A stretch of DNA of 64,000 nucleotides from Gracilinanus agilis. Lineage: Eukaryota. This document shows, piece after piece, positions 1 through 13,573 of the stretch. The position numbers and the translations under genes were made by a program. Positions within the stretch are counted from its first letter, which is position 1. Every line of letters begins with the position of its first letter. The stretch spans positions 361,978,951-362,042,950 of the forward strand of contig NC_058130.1 of assembly GCF_016433145.1 (NCBI RefSeq). The letters run 5' to 3'. The notes under the pieces were generated by a model. It worked only from the letters and a program-made list of their open reading frames with translations. It did not search any database and was not told the DNA's origin.

Positions 1-610
1 GAGGTGTGGCGTTGTTACAATGGGGGGTCGGGAGGCTCCCGCGACGGCGGGGTCGGAGGGAGGCGACCATACCCAGGAGGGGACCGCGGGTAGCGGCGGC
101 ACCGCCACCAGCTCCTTGCGCCGGTTTCGTTTCTCCGAAGCTTGGTAACTTCCTGAGCGAAAAGGGCGGCTGGAAGTTGCCGGTTCGCGCCGGGCTCCTT
201 TCCCCCACCCCCACCCCCAGGCCTGCGGCGGGTCTGGGGCGCTGGGGACTTGGGGAGGAAGAGGAGGCCGGGGAGTGGGGGTGGGGGAGCGGGCCGGGAC
301 GGTGGGGCTGGGCTGCGGCTGCAGCTGCGGCTCCGGCTCCGGTGCGGGCTGCGGCCGATGCGGGGCTGCATTGGGCCCCGCCTCCCCCTCCCCTGGAGCC
401 CGCCGCGCGCCGCTCCTCTTGGGGCTGGGCGCCGTCAGCCCCCTGGCCGGTCTGCCCTAACCCCACGTCTCTTTATTTCTTCTTGTCTCCTCTCCAGGCT
501 TCCTTTGGAAGTTCGAGCCCAGGTTTGTCCCGTTTCCTTCCCCCTTCCGTGGTCCCGGCGGGCGGCGAGTGGTAACGGGGCTTGGAGAAGCTCTGGCCCG
601 AGGCATTCCC
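1..610. promoter_or_regulatory. 3' part of the MIER3 promoter CpG island (intron 1 / exon 2 region)
   Basis: Very GC- and CpG-rich sequence switches abruptly to AT-rich DNA after ~620; it sits at the 5' end of MIER3. Exon 1 (ATG GCG GAG) was not found in the window. Confidence 0.85.
498..522 (+). CDS. MIER3: MIER3 coding exon 2 (ASFGSSSP, phase-1 end)
   Basis: Pyrimidine tract ttcttcttgtctcctctccAG, then 25 nt, then GTttgt. Matches the N-terminus (MAE)ASFGSSSPV of mammalian MIER3. Confidence 0.92.
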
Positions 611-3551
611 CCCAACTGCAAACTCTCTCTAGATGCTCTCATCGGCCCTTCCGTTTTGTTTTGTGTCCTATGAGTTAATTGTTCGAGGAACCAAACAGTC
701 GTAGTCTTTTTCTTATGACTTTTTTTTTTTTTTAACGGGACCAGTTGGGAAAATTCACCTTTAGTTCCACAGAAGTTAAGCGTATAGGTAACAAAAATGA
801 ATGTTTGCTTTTTAAATAGTATATGTCTTGACTTTTAGCCATCAAATTTGGGGCAGGTCTAGTAAACATTCCTTTAGAAAGTTTGCTTGGAATAGTGTTC
901 AGTCTACTAAAATCAGATTTTGCTTTGTGATTTTTAAAAAGATTGACTCAAAAATTAAATTTTGACAATTATTTCTTCTGGATGGACTGTGGATGCTATA
1001 ACACAGCCCCCTTTTCCCACTTATTTCGATTCTCACACGAATTGAAAATTTTTGTTGGAAACCTAGGTTGACTGTTCTGAGTATCATCTAGAAAATGAGA
1101 AAGTTAGATTAGATGATCTCTAAATTCCCTTTGAGCTCTGAGTCTGATGATAAAGGAAAAATCTAATAAAGGAAGAAGTAAGAGGGAACCAAAAAGGTGA
1201 CACTTTAAAGTGATCTCAGTAGAATCAGAAACTATTGACATTTAATTGAGTACCATCCTTTATCTAAACAGATATCTATAAGTAACATTAAGTAATTTAT
1301 TGCCAAATTACTTAATATTTGAAGTTAGTGGTGGATTAGATAACATTACACTTAAGTAAGCCAGTTTTAGTATGGTACAAAGGTATTTAAAGATAATTGT
1401 CAACTAGAATATATTCTGGAAAATGTTTTTTAAAACTTAAACCAGCAGAGGGTAATTCTTATTTACTAAGTCTTTTGGCATAAACTGATAAAACACAAAG
1501 CAACTTCAATCAGTATATATTCCATTTACTTGGAATTCTCACAATTCTAGATTAACTCTAAAAATTCAAAGAAAAGACATTTAACCAAAGATACCACTTC
1601 ATGAAGATAGAAAGGTTATTAGTGAGCAAAACACTTCAAGTTGACAAATTTTACTAAGTGGTTTTATAAGAATATTACAGTTGTGAACAACAACTGAGTC
1701 TGTGCTTTATGCTTTTGTTTGTGATAATTTGTGTTTAGGAAAAGAAAGTAAAATTAAGACCAATTTCATGCTGCTGACTCTTCCTTAGATGATGATGATG
1801 ATGATGAAATTGCTTTTTTTTGTTGTTTTAGTTTTTTTTTTTTTTTTAGTTTAGCTGTCTGGTATTGTGTAGATATACCTAGGTGAAAAGAAAAATGAAA
1901 TTGATGACAAGACATTGTCTTGGTAACTAAATAGAATACATCTTATTTTAAATTAAGCAACTCCTATATATTGCAGGCACATTGTACCAGATTATTGGTC
2001 TACCAGAGAACTTTAGGATCAGTATCATATAATTTTGCAGTTGAAAGTGACATATAGAATCTATGCTCTGAAATTACTATGGAATATGGTTGGGAGGACA
2101 CAATGTAATTAAACCTCGGAGCTCTAGAATATGGGAGAAGTTCCCAGGAGTTACTTAAAAAACAGAATTTAGTGGCATGTATTTTGATTTTGAGCCATTC
2201 AAATTCATACTTCTCTCAGGAAAAACAAAAAAAATTACTTCATGATCCCCCAAAGCTTTAATGTTCTCATAGGTAGAGCCATCTCATTAAGCATTTTTAA
2301 AAATGTTATCATTACAGAAGTATACTTAAAAGAATTACATTCTCTAGCAGTTGTATTAACTTTTAGAAATGTTGGTTGAGGTTTTATGAAGTCAGCAAAA
2401 ACGATGAAATGATTCTGGGATTTTTAAATGGTGGAAAATAATTGTTCTAGTTGTATGAAATACTAGTGTGAAACAAGTGGAAGGAAAACCATTTAAAAAA
2501 ATTAAGTAACATTGTGCTTCTAGGATTTTACTTCACCAGTTTTTTTTAACTTGCTGAAGAATTCTATTGCTTTGGTTTAATTTTTATGTAAGAGATATGA
2601 ACAAATGGTGCAAGCTGTGAAAAAAATGTTTTAATAATACACTTTTCCTCCAAATAATCCTTGAGAATGTTTAAATTTTTTATCATTTAATTTTAACATA
2701 TAGTACAAAATAAGATTTATAACAACAGTTTTATTTTACTATAACATTGAGGCTTTACGCAAATGAAAAAGTGAGTTTTCAAAGAACAAATTGCTGTGGC
2801 AACAACAGTTTTAAAGAAAATATACACAGATAGTGTATCCCATAACAAGCCAGGTTTTAAGAAATTGTTTTGTTTTATGTTTGAGAAATGTTTTCTGCTT
2901 GTATAAACTAAATCATCTTTAAAAGGCAGTGGATTTTAATGATGCTTATTTCCTCATTTGTTAAACACCTATTTTAAGTACAAAGAACTGTGGGAAGACA
3001 GATAGAATTTTGCCCTCGTGAAGTCTACATTCTGATTTTTGTTTTTATTTGTGCAGACTTTTAAGTAAGTTTGGCTTTGTTTTTATTCAGACTTTTAAGT
3101 AAATTTGATGTTGTCAAGTTAAGAAAAAAATCACTTATTGGGGCTTCTGAGATACTACTCTAGACTGTCTATAGAGAGCCCTTAGAAGGCCTTAGTCCAA
3201 GCTTCTCAAGGCACAGAAGAGGAAACCAAGTTCCAGAAAGTTTAAATAACTTGCCTGAGGCTACACAAATGGCAAAAATCAGTGTCATGGGCAAGATCTG
3301 AACCTATGTACTCTGCTTCTCAGAGTGAGTGTTGTTTCAGGCACATGCACCACCCTGCCTGTTTCTAAACCAGCTTCTTTAAAGAAGCCAAAGAAGTAGT
3401 GTGCCTTTTCTCTAGGGGGTGAAGCTTAAGTAATATTAAAGGGATCTTGTGTTTAGTATATGCTAAGTTGAGACTCTTTCTAGAAGTAGAATGCTTTCTT
3501 ATATAGGCTACACATAAATTAACTTAATGAAACATTAGATCTATGGTTTAG

Positions 3552-3797
<246 letters not shown>

Positions 3798-6700
3798 TAA
3801 AGAAGTTTAAAAATGTTAACTAAGCTCATTGTGGAAAGATATAAAGAATTTTGCCCAGTGATATCAGACATTCTTTAATAGTCTTATAGTCTGCTGTAAC
3901 ATTTTACATTTTTTAGAGCAGAGTTTATAATTCCTACACTGTTATTATCCTTACATTACGTCTGTGAGGTAGTATGGTGACTTAATATAGCTGAAAAAAC
4001 CAAATCACAGTTCTTAGTGGCTTGAGTAAGATCACATGTTAGTTATTTGCAGGTCAAATTAGAATGTAGGTCTCTTGAATCCCAGTCTAGTATTCTTTCT
4101 AGATGTTCATGCTACCTTACTGATCTTTAGCCCTGATTTTTTTGCCAGATAGGGAATTCTTCTAAAACATTTAAAGAGGATACACTGTACTTCACTTTTA
4201 AGTGTTTGATCAGTACAATAATCCCTAAAATCATCTTTTAAAAAACAGTAAAGTTTTTTAAACAGTAAAGCACAGATGCAGTTAGAAGTGTTTAGTAAAG
4301 TGCCCTATTTTTCATTTTCATTTTTTTCAAAATCAATATATTTGCCATAAAGAGCAACTTTTAAACATATCAATGAAATGGAATGGATAGGGGAAGCTAT
4401 TTTCTTAGGGTGCTAGCTCCTGGAGCTTGTCCACATTATTGAAAAAATTTTTATTGAATATTTCAAATGAATAAGAGGTTCAAGAAAGAACTGAATGTTA
4501 TGTCATGTATCCATTTTTCCTATGTCTAAACTGATAAGAGAAAAATGTGTATATCTATAGATAGGGAATACATTCATCTTTTAGAAGGTAATTTTACCTT
4601 GGTTTAAGAGGCTTCATATACAAAGGATATTTTGTTTTTAAAAATTCTTTTTTACTTCAGTTCTTTATTTAATGTATCTTAGTATATTTGAGTGTGTTAT
4701 GTGCATATATATGTATGTATGTATGTATGTGGGCAGGGAGGAGAGAAGGTAGGACTAATTTTTCCTTCTAATTGTAAATAGTTAGTAGGCATGATACTTA
4801 TGAGCTTTTTTTGTATTTCAGTGTCATATTTAAATGTCTACTATTATTCAAACTTGGTTGCTACATTGAGCACATAAAGCTCCATCTACCTAAAACTAGC
4901 CTCTTTATTTGTATATTTTGACCTCAGATCAGAGTGATGGTTATTCTCTTAGTAACATCCCTTATTAATAGCACTGATAATACTCAGGATTTATATAGCA
5001 CCCTTCTCCTCGAGAATTCAAAGGACTTCATGTGTATTTCATCATTTATCTTCCAAATAGCCTTCTGGTCTGAGGAGGCAGTATTATTACCCTCGTGCCA
5101 TAGACAGAGAAATTCAAAGGTCTCAGTCTCTCTGAGATCAGCCCCAGGGCAGGGAAGAGAACCTCAGGTTCTGTCTTCTATTGTTGAATATTCATCTCCT
5201 CCTATCCCACTGCACTGATGCAGTTAGAAGTGTTTAGTTTCTATATTTTATTGACAAATCTGATGTTTGAACAGATGTTTGATATATATTCTACTCATTT
5301 CCCATGAAAGCAAAGTAAACTGGAAATTTGGAGATATAACTGTTAAGAAATGCTCCTTTTGATACAAGAAGAAAATTATCCTTTCTTTATTACCCTACTG
5401 GGAAGATGGGTAGAATGACTTCACAGTATTTATTTGGTGACGAAGTTGATAAGAACAAATACTCAACTACCTGTTGAACTTCTTTACTGCAATTCAGCTT
5501 TGGACCTTGACGAGGCTAGCTTCTCACTATCTTTCAAAAGTATGTCCATTCTTCCTTTAAGTGCAGAAGAGTTTGTGAGCCACGCTTATTAAGTAGCTCT
5601 GGCCCATGGCAGCAGAGCCATAGCATAAAGTTGAAAATCAGGTTGCCAGGGTAGCAGTTTAACTCTCACACATTATTTAGGAGTTAGAAAGCAGCTTGCT
5701 TTGCTTGATATAAGGGGCAGAAGTTGGAGGGGGAAGGGGGAAAACATAAGTCTATCTTTCACATGTTATTGAGCAGTATCCTCCCAAATGTGAAAGTTTG
5801 ACTTGTAACATGTTGATTTCTGTCTTAGATATGCTTGTATGCCTTTAAGGACAATCCATTCCTCCCAGACAGAAAATAATGGAGGCAAATTTCTTATATT
5901 TAAGTTTTGAGTCTTAAAATAGTATGAAATCATTGAAAATTTATCAGAACTCTTTTCTGTGACTGAGTGTTTTTTCACAATGACTCATTTTTGTTTTTCA
6001 GTGTTGTGTTACATAGATATATAATCATGTTCTTCCTGCAGTTTTTCTTTAGAAGATTACAGTGGAGTTTGTTTTTTTTTTTGTTTGTTTGTTTTGTCCA
6101 AAAATTTACATGTATAAATCGATATTAAATCTTGGAATGCTTAAGATAGGAAGTTAATACCCAAAATGTCCAAGCTTACAAATTTTTAAAACCAGTTTTA
6201 CCATCCTCCTGTAGATTACACATATCATGAGGTAGTGGATAAAGCATTAAACTTGGAGTCAGGAAGCTTGAAGTTTAAATCACATTTCTGTTCATGACTT
6301 AAGACTTCACTGAGTATTAGAAAACTCTCAAACTCTATCTGGGATGGTCTTGTTTGTTCTGTGTTCATGTAGGGAGTTTCCACATCATCTTATTTTAGAT
6401 TCCTAGGTGGGAAGGTAGTCTTATTTCTGCAGGGTCCACTTCAACAACTGGTTTGACCTATGTTTTAATGAACCTTTTACAAAGTTAAAAGGAAAAAGTA
6501 TTCATTTGAAGAGTTAAAGGAGAAAATCATTATGAATAACAGAGTTCCCAGTATGTGCTAGACTGAAAATCCAAAGAGGTATAGGACATAATCTCTTAGT
6601 TTATAGTGTTAACTATTCTATTTCCATTTAGCCATTCACAGAGCAAAACATGATGCCATCTCCATGATTTTCATTTTATTTGGAAATTCCCACTAATAAA

Positions 6701-8354
6701 ATTATCTACTCTGCGTTGATATGCACCATGAGGTTCGTAGATCAAAAAACCCCAAAATGCAAGCCCATAGAGATATTTATCTTTCTATGCCCAGTTGATT
6801 TTGGTTCTCTCTCTGCTGGAGATTGGGGGTAGCAGAAAGCAGATAGAGAGGTTTATTGGTTGGAGCTAAGGCAAGCACACAGTGCCAGATCAGTAGGACT
6901 TTCTCAAACTTGGGTATTTTTAAAGGATATTTGATTATGAAGAATTAGTGGGTTTTTAGCAATAACACTAAATAAAGTTAAACAGACTAGATAATTCTAG
7001 AATCTGTCATTTCACTGGTATGGATACTTCCTCCACTAATATGGATTGAAACCCTTCTTTAATTACATTGATGGTCTTTTAGGGTTGATTTGGATTAAAA
7101 AACATCTCCCTGCTGCTATTCTGCTGGAAGAGTTTTAAATTTAGCTGGACTAGTCCTTTGACAATAAACAGTAGCCAATCAGGAGGCCTTTTGTTAATAC
7201 CTCCCCCTCACCCTCCCACCTGGACCTTCTAGAACTTCCATTAGGCACTTCCAAGCCACCATGAGGCATTGCAGTAGGACTTTCTTGGGAGAAATAGAAT
7301 AGTAGAGGTAGAGACATATAAACAATAGGAAAGCACCATGTTTATACTTTGTTCAGTAACTTTATACACATGACATTCTTATGAGTTCTTATTTTATTTT
7401 AGCATCAACATTTTCATAAGTGACATGTTTAATACATTTTTGACTATTCCTGGACCCATTAATTATTACTTGTCACTCTTTTTGAGTTCAGCATCATTTT
7501 TAGTGTCTTCTGTAGATAACAAGAAGTGTTACCAGGAACACTAATAGTCAAACCTTTTTATGGCTCTTGTAAAAGTTTGGTCAGAGAGGAGTTTAACTTA
7601 AATGAATACGTTTTGCTTCAATGTTGTTCCTGTCATTTAAATACTCTTTCATTTTAAAGCATGAATTTAAAATGTTCTTAATTCTAACATTAAAGTCTTT
7701 AGGGGAGGTTTTCATTTTTAAAAATCTATATAACTGTTGAATTCAACAGACAGATCTATTGAAGAAAAGTTCTTCAAGCCTTTTTAAGATCAGTGAAAAC
7801 CAGTAAATTACACAATTAGGAAATGGAACATTTAAAATTAAATTGGAGTTAATAAAATGCCTTTAAAGGCATTCGAATCCCTGGAATAGGAAACTTTATT
7901 AAAAATCTTTGGTTCTACTACTGATTCACTGGATAAACTCATTTAGTTTTTTAAGTACCTAATTGCTTCAGCTCTAGACTGGTAAAATTTCTGTATTGAG
8001 TAACTGACCAATAGAGGAAAACAACTTTTCTGTCTCTGACTTCTATAGTGCTTAACGGATTTTTAAGAATGCCAGATTGTGCTACATTTTAACAATACCC
8101 CATTCTAGATGCTTTTGATATATCTGCTTGTCAGAAATCAGAATCCTTTCCATTTGTATCATGATTAATTCCCAAAATGGACTGTATTCTTTAGATCATA
8201 GGTACAAAAATACATAAACCAATAAATCAACTTTTCAGAATCACATATAGATTCTGATGCACAAAGACATGTAAATTATTAAATCAGGTGGGTGACATTT
8301 GTTTGGAATTTAGTCATATACATTGCCATACATTACAGATAAATTAGTTAAAAG

Positions 8355-8545
8355 AGAATCATAGATTTAGGACTTGAAGGGACCTTAGAGGTAATCTAGT
8401 CCATCTCCCTCAATTTGCAGATGAGAGAACTAAAGGTCACTGAGAAAGTAACTTATACAAGGTCACTCAGGTATAAACAGCAGCATCAAGATTAAGAGCC
8501 AAGTCCTCTGACTCTAAAATGAGAGCTTTTCCACTATACCTTTCT
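8355..8545 (-). mobile_element. MIR3-like SINE (one of many MIR/MIR3 relics; others near 1085, 3160, 24520, 36250, 38930, 40880, 41420, 49620, 54600, 56020, 58860)
   Basis: AGAATCATAGATTTAGG...GGACCTTAGAGG...CTAGTCC...GCAGATGAG is the reverse complement of MIR3. Confidence 0.75.
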
Positions 8546-8859
8546 TAAACTCTAGACCATCTCTTTCTATGTTAGAGTTAAAATAGTAACTAAGGAAATA
8601 GAGCAAACAAAAGTTTGGTTTGATGTGCCTTTAAAACTATTTAATGAAGAAACAACTGTCTACAATTAGGTAATAGTTTCAAAATGATTTCTAGTTACAA
8701 TAAAATATGACAGTTTCAAAATAATTTAGGCCACTGTGGCTTAGTGACTGAAAGAAAGCAATGACTGAGATTGACATTGTCAGAATCAATTTTATGACTT
8801 CAGACAAGTAACTTCCCTTTGCTGTACTTCAATGCCGTCTTGTTTCAGTGATCATAGTA

Positions 8860-10830
8860 AATTTATTTCAGTTCAGATGTTTGCTAAGCACCTCCTAGGT
8901 TAGGATTTTGTGCTAGATGCTTGGGACAAAGAAGATAAAGGACTGTTTTCAAGAAACTCACAGTCTAGTGGGGAAGAGTGATCCAAAGAACTGATGCTAA
9001 CTAGGAGAGAATGAATGCAGAGAAAGAGAGGAGAACTATGGGGAAGGGTGAGTCATTGCCTTTTGTGTTATCTAGGAAGCTTTCATGAGGGAAAGGTGTA
9101 TTGTAAGTTGAACCTTGGGACAGGAAAGTCAAGGAAACATTTTCTAGGCAGAGGAGACAGATTGTATAGATGCACAAGAAGCAGTGCACAGGATGGAGTG
9201 GAGCAACAGTGAGGTTGAGGCCAGTTGTTTACATTGTGAACCTGGGAATGAAAATGGGGTGACATGAGTCTGGGAAATAGTTTGTGGATGGATGATGGGG
9301 GGCCTTTGAATGGCAGGACAGGTCTATGTTTTAGTCTAGAGACATTGAGGAGCCACTTACTGGATTTTGAACCAGGTATTGATGTGATCAGACTGTTATA
9401 TTAGTAAGATTACTTTGGAAGGGGTGTGAGGAATGCACTGGGGCGGGGACGATCCTTCATAGGCAAAAGAATCTTGTAGAATTATGTTAGAATTGTTTAT
9501 GTACAAGTAATGAGCCTGAAGAGGTGTGATGGTACAAAGAGAGAGATACTTGCAGGCTAGAATTAACAGGTCTTAGAAATGGATTATATAGCGGCTAGAG
9601 GGAGAAGAGGTATTATAATACGGCTGAGGAGAAGGGTAGATTAAAAGTGATTGGCAGGGAGTTGGTCCAGCTGAGAACAAACTGATGATATAAGGAGAAG
9701 CAAGTTTGCACAGTCCAAATATATATATATATATGAAGCATTATGTATTATATGAGACTAGAGTTTTAAATGTATGTACTATTGCAACATATGCTTTCAA
9801 TTATATTTTAATTTCTGATCATAAGATTCAGAAATTAACATATAGGAGCTCAACAGAATTATACAGTCACCAGTGGCATTTAATAACCATGAATATTCTC
9901 AACAAAAAAATTTGACATATAATCAAACAAACCTGACAACATTTAGATCTGAACTCAAGTCTCATGTAATACTTTGTACCACGCCTATTAATATTAAGAG
10001 ATATGTTTGCTTATTGACTTTTCCATTGGTAGAAATGATGTGGCTCTTTGGGGGCCCAGGGCTGAGAATCATTTCTTGAGTGTATCTAGCATGTACATGT
10101 CCATCTCTACCATTTGTAACAGAATACAACTCGGCTTCACAGCTTTTGCTCTCATGATGGTAGTTTAATTTCTGGCTCCCCTGCCTTGATTGATGGTACC
10201 ACAGTTCTTTATCTTTTGGGGAGGAGCAATACTGATCAATGTTCCATTTCTCATCAGACTTCCCAAGAGCTTCATTCTTCAAGTCTGGTCAACTTAGGTG
10301 GTCTCCCATCATATTTCCATAGGCCCTACATGAGAAGATGTCTTGGACAGTGTTTTTCTCCATCACAGACTTCTCTCTCTGCAAGCAAGTCTTTCCTTAA
10401 ATAGTTGCACAAATGTCTGCAACAGTTCCTTCTATCCAATTTGTTTCCATTTGACTCCCAAGGTTATGAGTCTCTATGACTAGGAGGATGATGGGGCTTG
10501 CAGCAGAAATATGGAAGTTAGGAGAGGGAAGGTTTTGGATGAAGATAATAAGTTTTGTACATGTTAAGTTTAAGGAATGGTGGTGCATACAAGTGGAAAG
10601 TCCAGCAAACAGTTGGAAATGGGGGACAGAAACCCTGGGGGGGAGATGTTAGAGGGCCACGAATGGAAAATTGAAGGACTCTTACACTACTTTGACAGAA
10701 GAGAATAAGCAAAGAAGACAAGAAACAGAGAGGTAGGAGGAGTATTAGGAAGAGAGTAGTATCATTGAAAGAGAGAGAGACTCAAGAGGGAGGGTTGAGT
10801 CAGTGGTGTCAACTGCTATAGGTGATCAGA
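8860..10830 (-). mobile_element. L2 fragments in MIER3 intron 3
   Basis: Purine-rich reverse-complement L2 blocks (TTTGCTAAGCACC...CACAGTCTAGTGGG; TTTTGTACATGTTAAGTTTAAG). Confidence 0.6.
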
Positions 10831-11388
10831 GAGAATTCTGTATCAGACAACTGTAGTTTCACATCAGTAACATGAAAATGTTTTCATTCATATAATAGCC
10901 AGAACAAGATTTGTTAATCAACTTTCAGCAGCATTTTTCAGCTGGACATTTTCTAATCAGAGTGAAACATACACTGATGGATAAAGAAAAGCAGAGTATA
11001 GGGACATAGCAATTAATATAATGCCAGTAACAATTAGGAGAAAATCAAAAGCAATCTAAGCCAGTGGCACCTTAAGCAACTGGTTCAATGGAAGCTTTAA
11101 CAAGAGTCATCTTTGAAGTGAAATATAAAATGAAAAGCATCCATCCAAAAACTAACTAGTTGAGAAATTTCATTTTATTGTGGTCTTCTCTGCAATAGTA
11201 TATTGAACTCATCACCTCAACTGTAGTTAATTACTTTGTTCTTTTGATGCTCTCTAAATCACATAGTTTGTTTTTGTGCTTTTTAGAATGCGCTAAATAA
11301 ATAGTAAAGATATTTTGCTCACTTGTGATTCAGTAGTACACTGTCTTTGCAGAATACATATGTGTTGTTTTTATTTTTGCTTTACAAG

Positions 11389-11523
11389 GAGGGAAATATG
11401 CCTTTGGAAGATTTGCTGGCATTCTATGGCTATGAATCGGCAATTCCAGGAATAGCAGGTTCCAGTGCAAATAGCTCCCCAAGTGAACTTGCAGATGAAC
11501 TACCAGATATGACACTGGACAAG
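11389..11523 (+). CDS. MIER3: MIER3 exon 4 ([16 protein letters not shown]...ELPDMTLDK)
   Basis: tttacaAG / 135 nt / GTaagt; contains LEDLL (an LxxLL match). Confidence 0.97.
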
Positions 11524-11579
11524 GTAAGTTGGCACTAGGTCTAGGTATCATCATTTAAAATTTTAAAAAATTGATTATC

Positions 11580-11779
11580 GGGGGCAGCTGGGTAGCTCAG
11601 TGGATTGAGAACCAGGCCTAGAGACGGGAGGTCTTAGGTTCAAATCTGGCCTCAGACACTTCCTAGCTGTGTGACCCTGGGCGAGTCACTTGACCCCCAT
11701 TGCCTACCCTTACCATTCTTCTGCCTTGAAGCCAATACATAGTATTGACTCCAAGACGGAAGGTAAGGGTTTTAGAAAA
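11580..11779 (+). mobile_element. Full-length SINE1_Mdo-like tRNA-derived SINE with 15-bp TSD
   Basis: Head GGGGCAGCTGGGTAGCTCAGTGG and B box GGTTCAAATC. TSD AAAAAATTGATTATC at 11565-11579 and 11780-11794, at a TTTT/AAAA L1-endonuclease-type site. Confidence 0.92.
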
Positions 11780-13452
11780 AAAAAATTGATTATCTTTGTC
11801 TCTTGATTATTTTTCATTTACATGGATATGATCTGTTCAGCATAATTTGACTAGGTACTATGTTAGACACTGAAGCTACAAAACAAAAGTGAAATGGCCC
11901 TTGTCCTCAAGGAATTTACATTCTAGTGTTGCTTATTATATATTTCTCTGATGTTTGCTTCATCTTAAATAAGAATGCAAGTTCCTTGAGGGTAAGGACC
12001 GTTTTACTTTTGTCTTTGTATCCCTTAGCACCTGGCACAGTACCTGCAACATAGTTGGTACTTCATACTTGTTGATTGATGGATTTTTTTTTTGGTCACA
12101 AATAATTTATAGACAGTAATTATTTATACAATTCAACTTGAGCTTGTGAATTCACTCATGGCTTGGGCGTCATTATGATGGGTACAATGTATCTAAACTT
12201 AGATACATCTGCAATTTATAATCTTAAAGAAACCCAAGTATGGTGATAACTGAAATTAACATGCCCTTTAGGAATAAAACTTTTAACCCAGTTGATGGGG
12301 TTTAGGCAAGTTAAAAATCCAGTATATTCAGCTTTGGATCAGTGACATACTGGTCCAAAAGTAGGAGATGTTGGTGTTCTCTCAGATTCAAGTCCCTCTT
12401 AATGTTCCCAACAGGACATAACCTTCCCCTCCTCTCCCCAATGTAATAGCTACTGGCCTAAAATATCTTGATCTAATTGCTTCAAAATCAGAGAGATGCT
12501 ACCTAGATTACCCCTGTACACAAAGGACATTCTAAAGAGAGGCAGCAATAGCATCCCTCTTCTCATTGTATCAAAATTCAAGAATTGTAATCTGTATACA
12601 GAGGAAGGAGAAGGAAAAAGATTTCACACTCCAAGTTTCCTGGGTTATTTTTATGTCATTAATGAAGCTTCTAATAATGTTCATCATTTGAATTTGTCTT
12701 GTCCATTAATAAAGTTATTGCTTCATAATTCTGTGTTTTTTAAAGGTACAGATTACTTGTGTTGTGCTTATAAAGAAGTTTTAAAGTCTTAAATGGTAAC
12801 ATTGAAATATTGAATTAAATACAGTTAAAGGTAATTGATAAGAATTCATCAGGTTTTTAATATCCAAAGGGGATTTCAATTGGACTTCAGATATATGGAG
12901 TTAGCTGGCTCTTTTTCTGTAGTCTGATAAATCTTCAAACTACAGTATAAGGTAGAAGTTATATCATATGAAGGTAAGGAATAATTGTAACTTTTATTTC
13001 ATCTTTTTTTTTAAACATCTGCGTAGGACCACTCCCCACCCCCCCCTTTTTTTTTGATAGTTGAAAATATTTTGGTGATTTTGGGCAATTTTCATTTCAC
13101 GTTTGTGTGTTAGGTATTGTTTCTAATGGAAGTCCATCTTAAAAATCAGTTTACTGCTTCAGGCTTACTTTCTGAATTTTTGCAGATTCAACAGTAAGAA
13201 TACTATTGTTCAGAGTTTTCAAGAATTAGAAATTAATACAGTAAGTTGGCGAAATATAACTAAGCTTCAGTTGAGATCATAGTTATAGTTCTTAGACCAA
13301 GACTACAGGAGAATTTGTAATCCTCTTTTTTCAAAGCTTAGTTAGTTTCAAGCAATTCTTAATTTGTACAGAATATGACGTTTTAAGAGATGATTTAAAA
13401 AATTCTAATGAAATTTACTCACTTCTAACTGTAGTCTGCCTTTTTCATGTAG

Positions 13453-13573
13453 GAGGAAATAGCAAAAGACCTCTTGTCAGGTGATGATGAAGAAACGCAG
13501 TCTTCTGCTGATGATCTAACGCCATCAGTGACTTCACATGAAGCTACAGATTTCTTCCCTCGGCCTTTAAGAT
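13453..13573 (+). CDS. MIER3: MIER3 exon 5 ([40 protein letters not shown])
   Basis: ttcatgtAG / 121 nt / GTagga; read manually, absent from the ORF track. Confidence 0.96.

Noticed and set aside
1-9. GAG|GTGTGG as the end of MIER3 exon 1
   Set aside because: Weak donor and the preceding ATG GCG is not visible; cannot be supported.
6-575. 189-aa ORF in frame with MIER3 exon 2, plus overlapping ORFs 15..371 and 250..678
   Set aside because: Starts at GTG with no in-frame ATG before exon 2 (the ATG at 20 is out of frame); low-complexity G/P/A product; stop-poor frames are expected in CpG islands.
1770-1925. Cryptic exon after CTGACTCTTCCTTAG starting with (GAT)6
   Set aside because: It would encode poly-Asp followed by a poly-Phe run from a T homopolymer; looks like microsatellite plus poly-T with no convincing donor.
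3038-3107. ~35-bp local tandem duplication (TTTGTTTTTATT...CAGACTTTTAAGTAA)
   Set aside because: Ordinary slippage duplication in an AT-rich intron.
6891-7285. 14-bp direct repeat CAGTAGGACTTTCT, 381 bp apart
   Set aside because: Too short to distinguish from chance or fragments of an old element; no tail or termini.
11580-11660. tRNA-like A/B boxes
   Set aside because: These are SINE heads, not tRNA genes; no acceptor stem, and they continue into SINE body.
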